46,315 bases of DNA, taken from positions 1 through 46,315 of the IMG/VR virus record IMGVR_UViG_3300048599_000807. One strand, given 5' to 3'. The stretch comes from a virus. Its lineage: Duplodnaviria; Caudoviricetes. The notes beneath the pieces are model-generated. The model saw nothing but the letters and a program-made list of their open reading frames with translations, made no database searches and was not told the DNA's origin. Of this stretch, positions 45,834 to 46,315 are shown piece by piece. The position numbers were made by a program, and so were the translations under genes. Every line of letters begins with the position of its first letter. The first letter of the stretch is position 1.

Positions 45834-46315
45834 GCACGGCGACCGGCCCCACCAATAGCAAAGTGATGCTCGTTTGCCCGCATTGTTCCATGCGGCTGCG
45901 GGAGCTCGACCCGGCCGACATTCCGCCGCAAGGGATCGTCTGCCGTTGCGGCAATCGCCTGCACCCGGCCGCCTCGCGTCCCGATCCGGGCCGCCGGCGA
46001 CCCGCGCCGGTCGAGGGCCCCGGTAAGGAACTGGCCCTGCTGCTCCGCTCGCTGGGCATCAGCGAGCCGCCTGGCTGCGACTGCCAGTCGCGCATGGCCC
46101 GCATGAACCGCTGGGGCTCTGCCGGCTGCCGCGAGCATTACTGCGAAATTCGCACCTGGCTGCGGCAGGCCTATAGCAGCACGCCCTGGCCCGCGCGGCT
46201 GCGGGCCTCGACGGCCGCGATCGCCAGCGGCCTGGCCCTGCAGATCGATCCCCTCGACCCGCTGGGCAGCCTCATTCAGATCGCGATCGCCCGGGCCGAG
46301 GCGCAGGGGCTCTAG
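45830..46315 (+). CDS. Cys-rich hypothetical protein
   Basis: ATGA overlap; CPHC, CRC, GPGKEL...LGI...CDC..RMARMN.WG..GC. Confidence 0.7.
   Translation: MSTATGPTNSKVMLVCPHCSMRLRELDPADIPPQGIVCRCGNRLHPAASRPDPGRRRPAPVEGPGKELALLLRSLGISEPPGCDCQSRMARMNRWGSAGCREHYCEIRTWLRQAYSSTPWPARLRASTAAIASGLALQIDPLDPLGSLIQIAIARAEAQGL

Larger units (their letters stand above)
1..46315 (+). mobile_element. Temperate lambda-like siphophage/prophage region (probably planctomycete host); ends not visible
   Basis: Integrase, replication initiator, GpA terminase, lambda-type portal, S49 protease, capsid, tail tube and tape measure in canonical order, all on + strand; no sheath gene. Confidence 0.95.

Noticed and set aside
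1-46315. Diversity-generating retroelement, retron, repressor or att site
   Set aside because: No reverse transcriptase, no TR/VR pair, no divergent HTH repressor and no flanking direct repeat seen; the window starts and ends at gene boundaries, so these may lie outside it

Overview
The window is most of a temperate, lambda-like siphophage or prophage with every credible gene on the + strand. The host is inferred to be a planctomycete, from a planctomycete-type RimI, a PSCyt1-like cytochrome c domain and a planctomycete-type small protein. Gene order: tyrosine integrase; early genes (RimI-like GNAT, YfdP/DUF2303 pair, structured non-coding RNA with a D-armless tRNA-like element, DUF6948 plus Gly-Tyr repeat protein); HTH replication initiator with internal iterons; DNA-modification and nucleotide genes (C5 methyltransferase fully overprinted by a second frame, DUF1643, DUF5131, ASCH, DUF3310, Dam-type methyltransferase, YfdR-like HD hydrolase); an alphaCTD-like protein and a CsrA fusion; a structured leader. 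Where lambdoid phages keep their lysis genes there is an unusual module: metacaspase, small membrane peptide, lipoprotein, two exported CxxCH proteins and holin-like proteins. After it come a cos-like site, ParB-like gene, terminase, portal, S49 protease with nested scaffold, decoration and capsid genes, and a non-contractile tail module with a -1 frameshift chaperone, tape measure and Cys-rich tail-tip proteins. No repressor, att site or recognisable endolysin is visible in the window. All family calls are motif recognition by eye, not database results.
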